From NCBI RefSeq assembly GCF_006345805.1, contig NW_021836160.1:1-64000 (forward strand): a stretch of 64,000 bases of DNA. Reading direction: 5' to 3'. The notes beneath the pieces were generated by a model, which was given only the letters and a program-made list of their open reading frames with translations, was not told the DNA's origin and did not search any database. Source of the DNA: Octopus sinensis (taxonomy: Eukaryota). The stretch's first letter is position 1. The number at the start of each line of letters is the position of its first letter. The position numbers and the translations under genes are program-made. Positions 25,173-38,248 of this stretch are shown piece after piece.

Positions 25173-25491
25173 GTTTATGTTTATGTCCCCTATAGAATAG
25201 GCCTAGTTGGAGGCCCAACTTTCCTAGTTCTGTTGCAGGGCTTACAAAAACTTAAGGACCTCTGCAATCAATGTGTAATTCTGAGAGGGGAATATGTTGA
25301 ATAAAGTCATAATTAACTGATCGTTCCGTATTTTATTTTACCCAAAGCAGCCAGGAACTGTACAGCACCACATCGTATATGTATGTATGTACATATGTAT
25401 GTATGTGTGCATGTAAGCATGTCGGTATGCATGTATTTATGTATGAATGAATGCATGTATTTATGTTTGTATATATGTTTGTGCATATATA

Positions 25492-25700
25492 CAAGGTTGG
25501 CCAAAATGTCATATGACAGTAAATCGAAACCTTTTAATTCCAAGATTTATATATCTTTAACAACTGAATGAATCCAATAAAAGCATCTTAGTACGAAACA
25601 TCATGAAAATTCTTCAAACTGAAGTCCTCCTTGAGCGACGCATTTTTTCAGCATTTATGGAATTTTGATTTACTGTCATATGACTTTTGGCCGACCCTTA
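25492..25700. mobile_element. Tc1/mariner-type MITE
   Basis: ~38-bp imperfect TIRs (CAAGGTTGGCCAAAATGTCATATGACAGTAAATC / GATTTACTGTCATATGACTTTTGGCCGACCCTTA) flanked by TA on both sides. Confidence 0.75.
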
Positions 25701-25709
25701 TAAAACATA

Positions 25710-25877
25710 TATATATATTTTTTCTCTCCTTGTTTTTTTTTCTGTGTATTTTTCTGTGGAAGAGCGTAGGCTCGAAATGTAAAAGACTTTTCCTATTCCT
25801 GAGCGCTATACTAATACATTTGTTTGTTTGTACACCACCTGCCTTCGTCTTTTGATTATTTTCGTAAACTTTCCCTT

Positions 25878-25880
<3 letters not shown>
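25710..25880 (+). mobile_element. ~190-bp dispersed repeat with hammerhead-like motif (Penelope-type), copy a
   Basis: Homologous to 30921-31110, 57138-57326 and 59750-59905(-). Confidence 0.75.
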
Positions 25881-25910
<30 letters not shown>

Positions 25911-26000
25911 TATATATATTGGCACAGGCACGCCTGTATAGCGAGGAGTTTGTCTCCCAACCACATGGTTCTGGGTTTCGGGCCCACTGCGTGACGGTCG

Positions 26001-26056
<56 letters not shown>

Positions 26057-26059
26057 CGT

Positions 26060-27202
26060 ATATAAGATAAGAAAACGGACAAATACATCTAAATCAAATA
26101 CCAATTACCAGATAATACTCAATCACATACTTTATTAAACCACCACATAAGAGACTGTAGGGTTAAACATAAAAATGCAGAACAAATCAGTGTACATAAA
26201 GGAATGTACATAAAAAAGTGTACATAAAAGAGTGCTGTTGTATAATAAGTAGAATATATATAAAAAAGAGAATATATATATAAGTAAATATAAATATAAG
26301 TATAGATTACATCTTACAGCTGTTTCGGCCATGTAGATAAGTATGTGTCATTTTACCAATATTGTCCTTTTATGGTAGGTCAATATACTTATATGTATAT
26401 TCTCTTTTTTATATATATTCTACTTATTATACAACATCACTCTTTTATGTACACTTTTTTTATGTACATTCCTTTATGTACACTGATTTGTTCTGCATTT
26501 TTATGTTTAACCCTACAGTCTCCTATGTGGTGGTTTAGTAAAGTATGTGATTGAGTATTATCTGGTAATTGATATTTGATTTAGATGTATTTCTCCATTT
26601 TCTCATCTTATATAAGTATAGATTACATCTTACAGCTGTTTCGGCCATGTAGATAAGTATGTCTCATTTTACCAATATTGGCCTTTTATGGTAGGTCAAT
26701 GTGATTGAGTATTATCTGGTAATTGATATTTGATTTAGATGTATTTCTCCATTTTCTTATCTTGTATTAGTAATTTGTGGTAAATCATTTCACCTTTGCC
26801 CATATAATACAGTAAATGAATTGATTGCATCGCAATCCAAAATGAGACATACTTATCTACATGGCTGAAACAGCTGTAAGATGTAATCTATACTTATATT
26901 TATATTTACTTATATGTATATTCTCTTTTTTATATATATTCTACTTATTATACAGCATCACTCTTTTTTGTACACTATTTTATGTACATTCCTTTATGTA
27001 CACTGATTTGTTCTGCATTTTTATGTTTAACCCTACAGTCTCTTATGTGGTGGTTTAATAAAGTATTTGATTGAGTATTATCTGGTAATTGATATTTGAT
27101 TTAGATGTATTTCTCCATTTTCTTATCTTGTATTAGTAATATGTGGTAAATCATTTTACCTTTGCCCATATAATACAGTAAATGAATTGATTGCATCGCA
27201 AT
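26060..27202. mobile_element. Mosaic of direct and inverted copies of one ~350-bp Penelope-like unit
   Basis: The same 65-aa ORF occurs at 26135-26332(-) and 26861-27058(+). Contains the GGCCGAAACAGCTGTAAG motif. Confidence 0.75.
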
Positions 27203-27302
27203 TCTTAACATTTATGTATTAACTTTGTTGGGTACTTCACTAGCAGTATATTGGATATATGTTATCCCATGGAGGGTTGCATTTACAACCCCTATCTCAA
27301 TT

Positions 27303-27345
<43 letters not shown>

Positions 27346-27429
27346 TTATCTGTGAGTGAGTGAGTACGTGAATGTGTGTGTATGTGTGTAAGCGCGCGCG
27401 CGTGTGTGTGTGTTTCTGTGTAGTTGCTG

Positions 27430-27625
27430 ACTGTGTTCGTCCCCCCACTACGTCTTCATATCTGGTGTTAGTGACTGTTGGTGTCTTTACGTTTTCCGTA
27501 ACTTAGCGGTTCTGCAAAAAGATACCGATAGAGTAAATATCAGGCTTGAAAACAAAAGAATATAAGTCATTCGACTAAATTGCTTGTAGGCGGAGCCCCA
27601 GCATGACCACTGGAACAAATAAAAC
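27430..27625 (-). mobile_element. SINE family A tail, diverged
   Basis: Reverse complement of the family A 3' half. Confidence 0.7.
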
Positions 27626-28274
27626 ATCAATAACATGCACACATATAAACGCACGTACGTAATACATACATACATACATACATACATACATACGTACGTA
27701 CGCACGTACGTACGCACGCACGCACACACGCATGCACGCACGCACGCACGCACGTACGTATATGTATAATTTTTCGAATAGACGCACAGATTCCGGATTA
27801 TGTATTTATCGTTTCGTTAACGTGTTTGTACGTAGAATGTTTACCTACCTACCTACGTACATACCTACCTATCTACTTACCTACTGACCTTCCTCCCCTA
27901 CTTACCTACCTCTTTGCCTCCCTTCCCCTCCTACATACCTACTTCCCTTCCTCCCCTACCTATCTACCTTCCTAAATACATGCATGCATGCATGTGAAGA
28001 CGCGTGATTAATTAGTTAGGATGTTGCGCACAGGATAGCAACATCGTGGTTTCGATTCACAGAGAAGCTTTGCGTTGTGTTGGTGTATCCAAGACCGCAT
28101 TATGCATTTTTCGTTTGGCTTTTGCAAGACAACGAGGTGCAATTTAAAGACCAAATGGCTGTTATTTTGAGCAGATCCATTGACTTCAGAAATGATTAGT
28201 TGTAGGCTTGTTGTCTATGCACTACTTTATGCAAAGTATATGAACTTAAACACCTAGGCAACACACATTAATAA

Positions 28275-28496
28275 TAATCCTTTCTACTATAGGCATAAGA
28301 CCTGAAATTTGTGGGGTGGGGGGACCAGTCGATTACATCGACCCCAGTGTTTCACTGGTACTTAACTTACCGACCCTGAAAAAAATTAAAAGCAAAGTCG
28401 ACCTCGGCGGAATTTGAACTCAGAACGTAAAGACGGACGAAATGCCATAATGCATTTTGCCTGGCGTGCTAACGATTCTGCCAGCTCACCGCCTTA
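28275..28496 (-). mobile_element. tRNA-headed SINE family B
   Basis: Reverse complement of GGCGGCGAGCTGGCAGAA...GTTCAAATTCCGCCGAGGTCGACTTTGC. Confidence 0.85.
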
Positions 28497-29795
28497 AACA
28501 TCCCGCTAATAATAAATGCCGTTGTCAATTTATATATGTCTCGAAACGCGAAGGAAGATAACTCGAATCATATTGAAGTTATTTCCCTTGGTTTGTATAT
28601 CCATAGTTTTCTAAATTTTAAATTTATGTTATTATCAATTCACGTTCATTTCAGTAAAATAAACATATTTACCGTCAGCAAGTGACGTCACGTATACGCT
28701 AGTGAAATAATACAATTTTATAATGGTTATGTAAATAACTGTTATCTTTCATCTTGAGTCATATATTTGTGTTTGTTCTTTATGGAACTATGGGAATATA
28801 TAAACTTAAACACAAGCAATTTTAAGACAATTTACCATTCTCTAAAACATTTGGTGTTCTCTGTATCTGAGTCACAAATTTATGTTCGTACCACAAAGAA
28901 TTATTTCTTATTTATTTTCCTTTTTAGGGATTATATGTATTATATGTACATTTTATAGTTAACGCATACCAATATATACATCTGAGGAATACTGAATGTA
29001 TATTTTATATCTTTGACACTTTTATCAAAACATACGCACATAGATATACACATATGTGTTTAGGCTGGCGATTGTTACGTATGTGCTTTACATAAATATT
29101 TTGTTTCATCAACTGAGTGTTCGTATTAATTCCTCTATTACGTAAGCCATGGAAGCTTCTAGATTGCCCGACGAAATAAATTATGTAAACCATAATCTAA
29201 GTGGCAATAAACACACAGACACTTCACATATATGTCTTCCTCGGCCTAAGAAACAGGATTTTTAACGCGACAAGGTTCGGTATTAAACTGTAAATAAATA
29301 TATGACTCAAAGGAGAACGGAAATTAATTTTATTGTAACATACGCAGTAAATATATATTTTACGTGAAAAACTGGGACATTGCTATTTATGTTCCCGCGT
29401 GTAAGTTAGTTAATATACGTGAATCAGCCGGTCTAAAAGCAGTCATAATTAAGATCTTCGTGCTCGTGTATATAAATTTATATAGACGTATGACTATGTA
29501 AGTATACATTTATACATATACATACATACATACATATATATAATATATATATATATATATATAATATATATATATATATGTACATATATACATATATATA
29601 TATATATTTGTTGAAATAGAAAGATGAATTTTCTTGTAACAGATTATTCAAAGGTTTAACCGATACCTGGGTAGCAAAAATCACAGCGGAAAACAGCACG
29701 GTTGGAGATAAGACCATTTGGTGTAGAATGTGTAGAATGTAATAAAAGGTATTCTATACAATCTTCGTTCAACTCCATTTATTATTCCATTCACT

Positions 29796-29861
<66 letters not shown>

Positions 29862-30190
29862 TATATAATATATATATATATATACATATACATACATATA
29901 TATATATATATACATATATATATACATATATATATACATATCTATATATATGTATGTATTTATGTATATGAATAAGTGTATGCTTACATACTCATAGTAT
30001 ATATAAATTCATATATATATATATATATAAAAGGCAAAATGGGACGAGAACGCAAAACATCCGGGCAACTAGGCGATACAAAAAAGGGACAACAAAACAT
30101 CCAGATAGACGATACAAAGAAAACAAGGACAGGTCATTCGAAGTTTTCTAATAGTAGAACAATAAAGAGAAACTTGTTGGTACAGTATCA

Positions 30191-30483
30191 TTTATATTTG
30201 AGAGAATGAGCTGAGGAGGCTCCTTTGAGGGGACAGTTTCTATTTTAATCCCACTAACAATGCCCACAGTGAGCCAGTGTAATATGAGTTTCGAACCTCA
30301 AGTAGTTGTTCCCAAACTGGAATTGGTTAAATTGTTCATCAACGGACGTTTCGGCCTTCTTACTACGGTAGTAAGAAGACCGAAGCGCATATCAGAGTGG
30401 CTTACTGTGGGCATTTTTGGTGGGATTAATATAGAAATTGTCTCCTCAAAGATGACACCTCTGCTTATTCTTTCAAATATAAA
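30191..30483. repeat. ~290-bp foldback with central 17-bp hairpin
   Basis: Arms 30191-30278 and 30397-30483. Hairpin TTCGGCCTTCTTACTAC-G-GTAGTAAGAAGACCGAA at 30350-30384. Confidence 0.85.
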
Positions 30484-30524
30484 CATAAATATTAATATAA
30501 ATATAAATATTAATATAAATATAA

Positions 30525-30822
30525 ACTAGCAGTATCGCCCGGCGTTGCTCGGATTTGTAAGGGAAATAACTATATAAGCATTTTTAGAGAGTTACTTTCC
30601 CTTATATAATAGCAAAAAATGCATTAGAAATGGGAAAAAATGATGGTAATTTTTTTTTAAAATCGTAGACTCATCGTAGACACGCGCTAATACCCAGAAG
30701 GGCTCGATATGAATCTCGATATGATACCCGCTTTTGGTTACACTGCACCGCAAAATGTGGGAGTAGTTAGGAATCTAAATCGTAGGAGACAGACACACAA
30801 CTTCACTTTTATATATAAAGAT
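30525..30822 (+). mobile_element. Helitron-type non-autonomous element (Lep1/HINE-like architecture)
   Basis: 5' ACTAGC...CCCGGCGTTGCTCGG, 3' ACAGACACACAACTTCACTTTTATATATAAAGAT, in AT-rich flanks. Confidence 0.55.
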
Positions 30823-30920
30823 ATATATATATATATATGGCGGTGCCCCAGCATGGCCACAGCTCATAAGCTGAAACTGGAAAAATCAAAAAAATCAAAA
30901 TCATATGTTAGATCATTAGC

Positions 30921-31110
30921 TCCTACACGCATTTTTTCTCTCCTTGTTTCTCTCCTTGTTTTTTTTTTCTGTGTATCTTTCTGTCGAAGAGCGTAGACTC
31001 GAAACGTAAAAGACTTGTTCTATTTCTATTCCTGAGCGCCATACTAATATATTTGTTTGTTTGTACTCCACCTGCCTTCGTCTTTTGTTTATTTTCGTAA
31101 ATCTTCCCTA
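30921..31110 (+). mobile_element. Hammerhead-like repeat family, copy b
   Basis: TCTTT-CTGTCGAA-GAGC GTAG ACTC-GAAACGTA-AAAGA at 30976-31013. Confidence 0.8.
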
Positions 31111-31365
31111 TATATATATATATATATATATATATTCTAGGGTACTACGTAATCATCTGCTTCGCTAAAAGTAGAAGACAATATAGTCGTAAGCTAGAGG
31201 AGAATCACTAAATTAATACAAGCACGATAGATAAAAAGATATTAGTAAACAAGAATAGCGTTTGACCTCCGCAAACGATGCAGAAGGAATGTCAGTTAAT
31301 GTGATATCATGATTTCGAATTTAGCGCCAAAGAGACCTCTCTTCAGTCAGATATAATATATATAT

Positions 31366-31933
31366 TCAAAATAAGCAACAAGAATATCTTCGGAAATTTG
31401 GTACGATCGTTTCACGCTACATCATTTTATTAAACATTGTAAGTATAACAACAGTTTTAAAATGTTGAACAATCATCAGCCATTTATAGAGGTTTTCCAT
31501 CAATACATATACTTATTTTCATGTTAATTGATAACATTATATAGTGGGTAGATATATAGACGGAGATGTTGATTTGAATGTCAAGAACATTAAGGTATTA
31601 GAATTTAAAAATTTTGTCTCCATCCAACAGAATATCCCTCCCACTTCCTAGCAGTTCCAAATAACTTAAAGTATATTCTTCAGTCAGAAGATAAATTCTA
31701 ATACCTTAATGTTCTTAACATTCAAATCAACATCTCCGTCTATATATCTACCCTCTATATAATGTTATCAATTAACATGAAAATAGGTATATGTATTGAT
31801 GGAAAGCCTCTATAAATAGCTGATGATTGCTCAACATTTTAAAACTGTTGTAATACTTATAATGTTTAATAAAATGACGTAGCGTGAAACGATCGTACCA
31901 AATTACCGTAGATATTCTTGTTGCTTATTTTGA
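31366..31933. repeat. Foldback element, ~242-bp arms, 84-bp spacer
   Basis: 31366-31607 is the reverse complement of 31692-31933 with scattered mismatches. Confidence 0.9.
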
Positions 31934-32029
31934 TTATAATCACCCCATGGATTTATAGGGATAACACCGTACAAAATTCAGGTGCATCTAACGTAAGTAC
32001 AATATTCATTTGAATCTAAATTTTGCTGA

Positions 32030-32086
<57 letters not shown>

Positions 32087-32289
32087 TATAAATAGTAGTG
32101 TGCAATGTTTCACCAAAAAGGAGTATTACAAATGTCACTAAATGTGACAAGGGTGTTATGAAAGACTTAGATTGCTAGAAATAAGAGCTAAACCCCTCTA
32201 ATGCTGTAGTTAATCCACGTGAAGGAAAATATATATACTAACAGGGACAATAATCCTCCGAAAAGTGCCGATCGAGAATTCTTAATACT

Positions 32290-33290
32290 GACGTCTCAGC
32301 TTCTCGGACTTCTTGGCTGGTCTGCCGCGACCATCGGCGCAGGAGGCGGAGTGCCGTGAAGGGCTGATCACAGCTGCAAACGTAGCAGAGGCCCTATCGG
32401 GCTGCGTTGAGGGGATGATCACCGGGTCTAGATGGTCTGCCTTACGAGTTTTATTGCAATATGCCAGATTGTTTGGGAACATACTGGTAAATATCTACGC
32501 CAACTGGCAACAGAATAGGAGAATTCCTAGCTCTGTGAACCGGGGGACCGTGGTGCTGCTAATAAAGGATCCAAACAAGGGGGACATTATAGATAACTTT
32601 AGGCCCATCACTCTGCTTAATGCAGAGCTGAAGATTTTGGCGTTGCTAGACAAGAGGTTGGCGCTTGTCGTCGACAAACTGGTTGGGAAAGCGCACACAT
32701 GCGCCATTCCATCCAGAACAACCCACAAGCTCCACCTCATACGCTACACCATAGACAGGGTGGTTAATAACCTGGCACGGGAAGGGCACTGATACATTTA
32801 GCTCAGTCTAAAGCATTCGATAGGGTTGACTATCTGGCGGCAGTCCTCGAAGCGGCCGGGTCTGGCCCGGACTTCCGTGGTTGGATCACCGCATTATATG
32901 GTGACATTAAATCGGCAGTTCGAATGAACGGTTATCTTTCACAGCCGTTCAGCATCGTGCGTTCGGTCCCCCAAGGATGTCCCCTGTCCTCCCTTCTGTA
33001 CGTTCTGACCCTTGAGCTATTACTGCATAAATTGGAGGCCTTGAGGGGCATCCCGCGTGATCTGGGGTGCGGGAGTTCGGTGTCAGCGTACGCGGACGAC
33101 ATCACCGTTATCGTATCCTGTGACAGACATCTGAATTTAGTAGGTGACGCCATTAGAGAGTACGAAGCGGTATCAAGGGCAAAAATAAACTGGGATAAGT
33201 CAGACGGCCTACAGATCAGCACTTGGCGAGACACGTCGATGTCCCCCAACAACGTCGTAGGATATTGGATGGGTGGCCCGGTGAAATTGG
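32290..33290 (+). mobile_element. L1/Tx1-like LINE reverse transcriptase fragment (pseudogenised)
   Basis: NFRPITLLNAELKILA; QSKAFDRVD; QGCPLSSLLYVLTLE; SAYADDITV; KINWDKS. Broken by frameshifts. Confidence 0.93.
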
Positions 33291-33390
33291 TCTATATTTC
33301 AGAAAAAAAATTACCTTATATTTAAAAAAATTACCCTATATTTAGGAAAAAAATTATATATATGTATATATATATATATGTGTGTGTGTG

Positions 33391-33577
33391 CTTTTATTCT
33401 TTTACTTGTTTCAGTCATTTGACTGCGGTCATGCTGGAGCACCGCTTTTATCGAGCAAATCGATCTCAGAACTTATTCTTTGTAAGCCTAGTACTTATTC
33501 TATCGGTCTCTTTTGCCGAACCAGTAGATTACGGTGACGTTAACACACCAACATCAATGTTGTGGGGACAAACACAT

Positions 33578-33625
<48 letters not shown>

Positions 33626-33782
33626 GACGGGCTTCTTTCAGTTTCCGTCGTCTACCAAATCCAGTCACAAGGCTTTGGCCGGCCCGAGGCGAAAACACTT
33701 GTCCAAGGTGTCACCCTACGGGACTGAACCCGGAACCATGTGGATGGTAAGCTAGCTACTTACGACACAGCCATTCCTGCGC

Positions 33783-33783
<1 letters not shown>
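33391..33783 (-). mobile_element. SINE family A, full length
   Basis: Reverse complement of family A. Confidence 0.9.
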
Positions 33784-33825
<42 letters not shown>

Positions 33826-35269
33826 TGTGTGTGTGTGTGTGTGTATACATTGTCCTATTTTTGTATTCTGATTTTTTTTTCTTGTGTTAATAATTGAAAT
33901 GCAAGGAGACCGCGATGAAGGGATTGGTCAATCAATTTGGTCCTCTTTATTTATTTTTTAAAGGCCGGTATCGGTCTCTTTTGCTGAATACTTAGGATGG
34001 GAGGTCGTAGAGAAGCAAAAACCGATACTCAAGTGGTGGTGGTGGGGGGGTAGGGGTAGGGCGAACACTCACCCACACACACACACATGCACACGCACAC
34101 ACATATTCTCACACAGGCAAACAAACGTATTCACACGGACACATATTTACACACATACACACATATTCACACACATACACACAGAGACAAACACACGTAT
34201 TCCCACGCACACATACACACACATACGCCCGTACACAAATACATACACACACATGCATACGCACATGTTCACATGCACAATGCACACACATATATTTACA
34301 CACTCACATACATACATACACACATACATACATACACATACATACACACATATACACCCATACACACATACACATACAGGCACACGCACATATTCACACA
34401 CACATACACACATATTTATACGCACGCTTACATACACACATATACACACACATACGCATACAGACGCATATACAATGGGCTTTCACACACATTCCGTCTA
34501 CCAAATTCACTCACAAGTAATTGGTCATCCCAGAAATACAGTAGAAAAAAACTTACTTAATATGCCACCCTTAAGAGGCCTGGACATGAAGACATGCTTA
34601 TACACACGTCCACACACACACAGACTCTCACACACAATTTAGACGGCGGGAGAGCGAAAAAGAGAGAAAAAGAGATTTTATATCGGTTCAATCTCAAAAC
34701 GAATTTGGTTAAAGGACGAACGTAAAATAGTGAGGAATAACCATTTTGTGTTTCTAAAAATCATGTTCTTTATACATTGTTAAAGTAATTTTTAAACTTA
34801 TTTATTTATTTATTTAGGGAGCATTAAGTAGGGATGAATGAAATACAGGCGTGTATACAATAATATTTAATATGTTCGTGTACACTCGGTCGCAGAAAGA
34901 CATGCGCTGTAGAAAATGTCACTAGAGAAAAATACTCTTACAGCTAATACGTGGGGAAAACGAATCATGGAGCTAGAAATTACGTCATCGACCTGTAGGG
35001 CGTATTCGTCTCTGCGTCATTACTGAGGTCAGCTACGGATACAGGTTTTCTTGTTAATACAACAGCGAAATCAAAAGCATCAATGTCCCCCATTGGGACT
35101 TCATAGCAAAATCCATCCCTGGACCGAAATTACCCTCATACATCCATCGCAAATAGATCCAGCCTCTTAGCTTGACTTTTCTTTCTTTCTATTATTCTCT
35201 TCAATTTTAAGTCTTCCCAATCAAACACTGATACGTCGAAGCCAGCGAGAGCGACCATCGTTGTCGTCG

Positions 35270-35325
35270 TCGTCATCATGATACACATTATTATTATTAT
35301 ATTATTATTATTATTATTATTATTA

Positions 35326-35380
<55 letters not shown>

Positions 35381-35661
35381 CATCATTATTATTATCATTA
35401 TTATTATTATCATTATTATTATTATTATCATTATTATTATTATTATTATTTTTTATTATTATATTATTATTATTATTATCATCATTATTATTATCATTAT
35501 TATTATTATCATTATTATTATTATTATATTATTATTATTATCATTATATTATTATTATCATTATTATCATCATTATTATTATCATCATCATCATCATCAT
35601 CATTCATCATTATTATATTATTATTATATTATTATTATTATTATTATTATTATCATTATTA

Positions 35662-35715
<54 letters not shown>
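35270..35715. repeat. (ATT/ATC)n microsatellite
   Basis: Direct reading. Confidence 0.95.
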
Positions 35716-36054
35716 TAGGGCGGCCAGCTTCCAGAATCGTTTGCACGCCAAGCAAAATTGTGTTGATGCGGGCAGAGCTTTTTTCAAGCTGGAATTTATT
35801 CATTAACTACAGACTAATCAACGTTGAACGAAATATAAATGTACACAATTATTTTTAATATGTTCGTGTGCATTCAGACATGTAAAGACACAGCCACAGA
35901 AATGATCCTACGCTCCGATGATTCGTAGCCTAATGGTGTTTGTATTTCACACATCGTCTAAATGGAGAATTTTTATCTCGTGATAATTTCTGCAGCGTAT
36001 GTCTTTCCATGTCCGTGTGTATTTTACTCTTTTCAGTATGAGTCTAAACGCCTA

Positions 36055-36400
36055 TAGTTTTTTTTAATTCTTTTATTTGTTTCAGTCATTGAACTGTAGT
36101 CATGTTGGGATACAGTCTTGAGAGGTTTAGTTCTTCAAACCGAATCGATACGTATTTTAAGTCTGGCGTTCTATCAGTTCTTTTCTCATCAAACAACTAA
36201 GTTACAAGAAGGTAAACTAGCACAAAAAGAACCCGAAAGATCAGCGCGAACACACACACATATGTGGCGGGCTTCAACACAGTTCTCGTCGAACAAATTG
36301 ACTCACGACTCTAGTCGCCTGAAGACTGTAGTTGAAAAACACAAAAAGCTTACCAAAGATGTTGTCACACAGAGGGACAGAACTTAAAGTCATGTAGTTG
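36055..36400 (-). mobile_element. SINE family A, old diverged copy
   Basis: TTTGTTTCAGTCATTGAACTG tail and residual head motifs. Confidence 0.6.
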
Positions 36401-37001
36401 CTAAGTGAACTTCTTAACCACACAATAATGCTTGCTGTGCAAATATATAATGTGAACCGCCAACGCAATTTTAGATCAGTGTAGAGTAATATAATTTTAC
36501 GAGGTTTATGTACATAGTTGTTATCTTCCATCTTCTGTTACAAATTTTTCTTACTTTAACGAAATTAAGGGAGATATAAAACGAAGCACAAGCAATTTTA
36601 AGACACTTAATTTACATTTCTATAGTACATATTTTATATGCGATATTTGAGTCATATATTTAAGTTTGTATTATAATTATTTTTTGCAGTTTATTTTCAA
36701 ACATTGTACATTAATACATGCGCAGTTTAATGTTAACATATATCAATATAGCTAGAGTCAGTATCTATATTTCAAAAATATTTAGCATTTTAAAATAAAT
36801 GTACGTACACACATACACATACATAACTGAATAAACACACACGCACACAAACATGTACTTGTGTACGTGTGTATGTGTGTATGCATGCGTTCGTGTATAT
36901 ATGTATGTATATGTGTATGTATATGTGTATATGAATATATGTATGTCTGTTTATATGTATATATACATAAGTTTATTAACAAAACCATTCGCACCATATA
37001 T

Positions 37002-37073
<72 letters not shown>

Positions 37074-37131
37074 CTATACGTATGTATATGTATAACCACA
37101 TATGCACACCGAGCAGTGAGAATAAAAAACA

Positions 37132-37195
37132 ATGGCTCCCATGTTTATTTCTAAGCTCGCACTGACCGCGTGTCAGGCTGCGATAACTCTGGCTG
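37132..37195 (+). CDS. Candidate first coding exon encoding a signal-peptide-like MAPMFISKLALTACQAAITLA, phase-1 intron
   Basis: AAAAACAATGG start context and a consensus TG|GTGAGT donor in a CpG-rich unique patch. No downstream partner exon was identified. Confidence 0.2.
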
Positions 37196-37709
37196 GTGAG
37201 TTACAACGATGTCGAAATCGCTGCTATGGTAGAGTCCCTTACACTGACGAGTCGAACGTGCTACGAATACATAGTTGTTATAAAGAAAATATACTTTACT
37301 AGGAAGAGATGCAACAGCGATTAGCATGTTCACGTCCGAATCAGCAGGACGTATTAAGGATTAAGAATTAAGTTGTAAGCCATGGTATATATAAGAGTAG
37401 ATAGGGGAGTATTATGTGATGATCACCATTGGAACGCCTGTAATTAGAATTGCGTTCAATCAGATTTGATAGATGCAACAATAAAAAACAAATCGATAAT
37501 TTCGGATATTATTCGACCATCTAAAAATTATTATCACTTGTGTGTATGCACGTGTATATACATGCATATCTCCATACGCATGTATACGCATATATATATA
37601 TATATACACACACATACAAATACATACATGCATGCAAACATACATGCATATGTATATATTTGTGTGTGTGTATGTGTGTATGTGTGTGTATACATATATA
37701 TGCACACAA

Positions 37710-37745
<36 letters not shown>

Positions 37746-37872
37746 TATATATATATATTCATATATATTAAATGATAGATTTTACGATATTTATTCTATT
37801 CTTCTGATATTTGCCGAGCCGCTAAGTTATGGTTGATATATATTCACACACATACACGTACGTACGCACACG

Positions 37873-37907
<35 letters not shown>

Positions 37908-38015
37908 GTGTATACACACATGTGCATGAAGCAACGCTCGATATATGCAATTGTATATGCCTTTTATGTATGGTTGTATGTATATGTGTGTGTGCGCGCG
38001 TGTGTGTATATGGAT

Positions 38016-38248
38016 TAAGGCGACGAGCTGGCAGAAACGTAAGCACGCCGGGCGAAATGCGTAGCCGTATTTCGTCTGTCGTTACGTTCCGTGTTCAAAT
38101 TCCGCCGAGGTCGACTTTGCCTTTCATCCTTTCGAGGTCGATAAATTAAGTACCATTTACGCACTGGGGTCGATGTAATCGACTTAATCCCTTTGCCTGT
38201 CCTTGTTTGTCCCCTCTATGTTTAGCCCCTTGTGGGCAGTAAAGAAAT
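38016..38248 (+). mobile_element. SINE family B
   Basis: TAAGGCGACGAGCTGGCAGAAACG...GTTCAAATTCC...GTCGACTTTGCCTTTCATCC. Confidence 0.9.
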
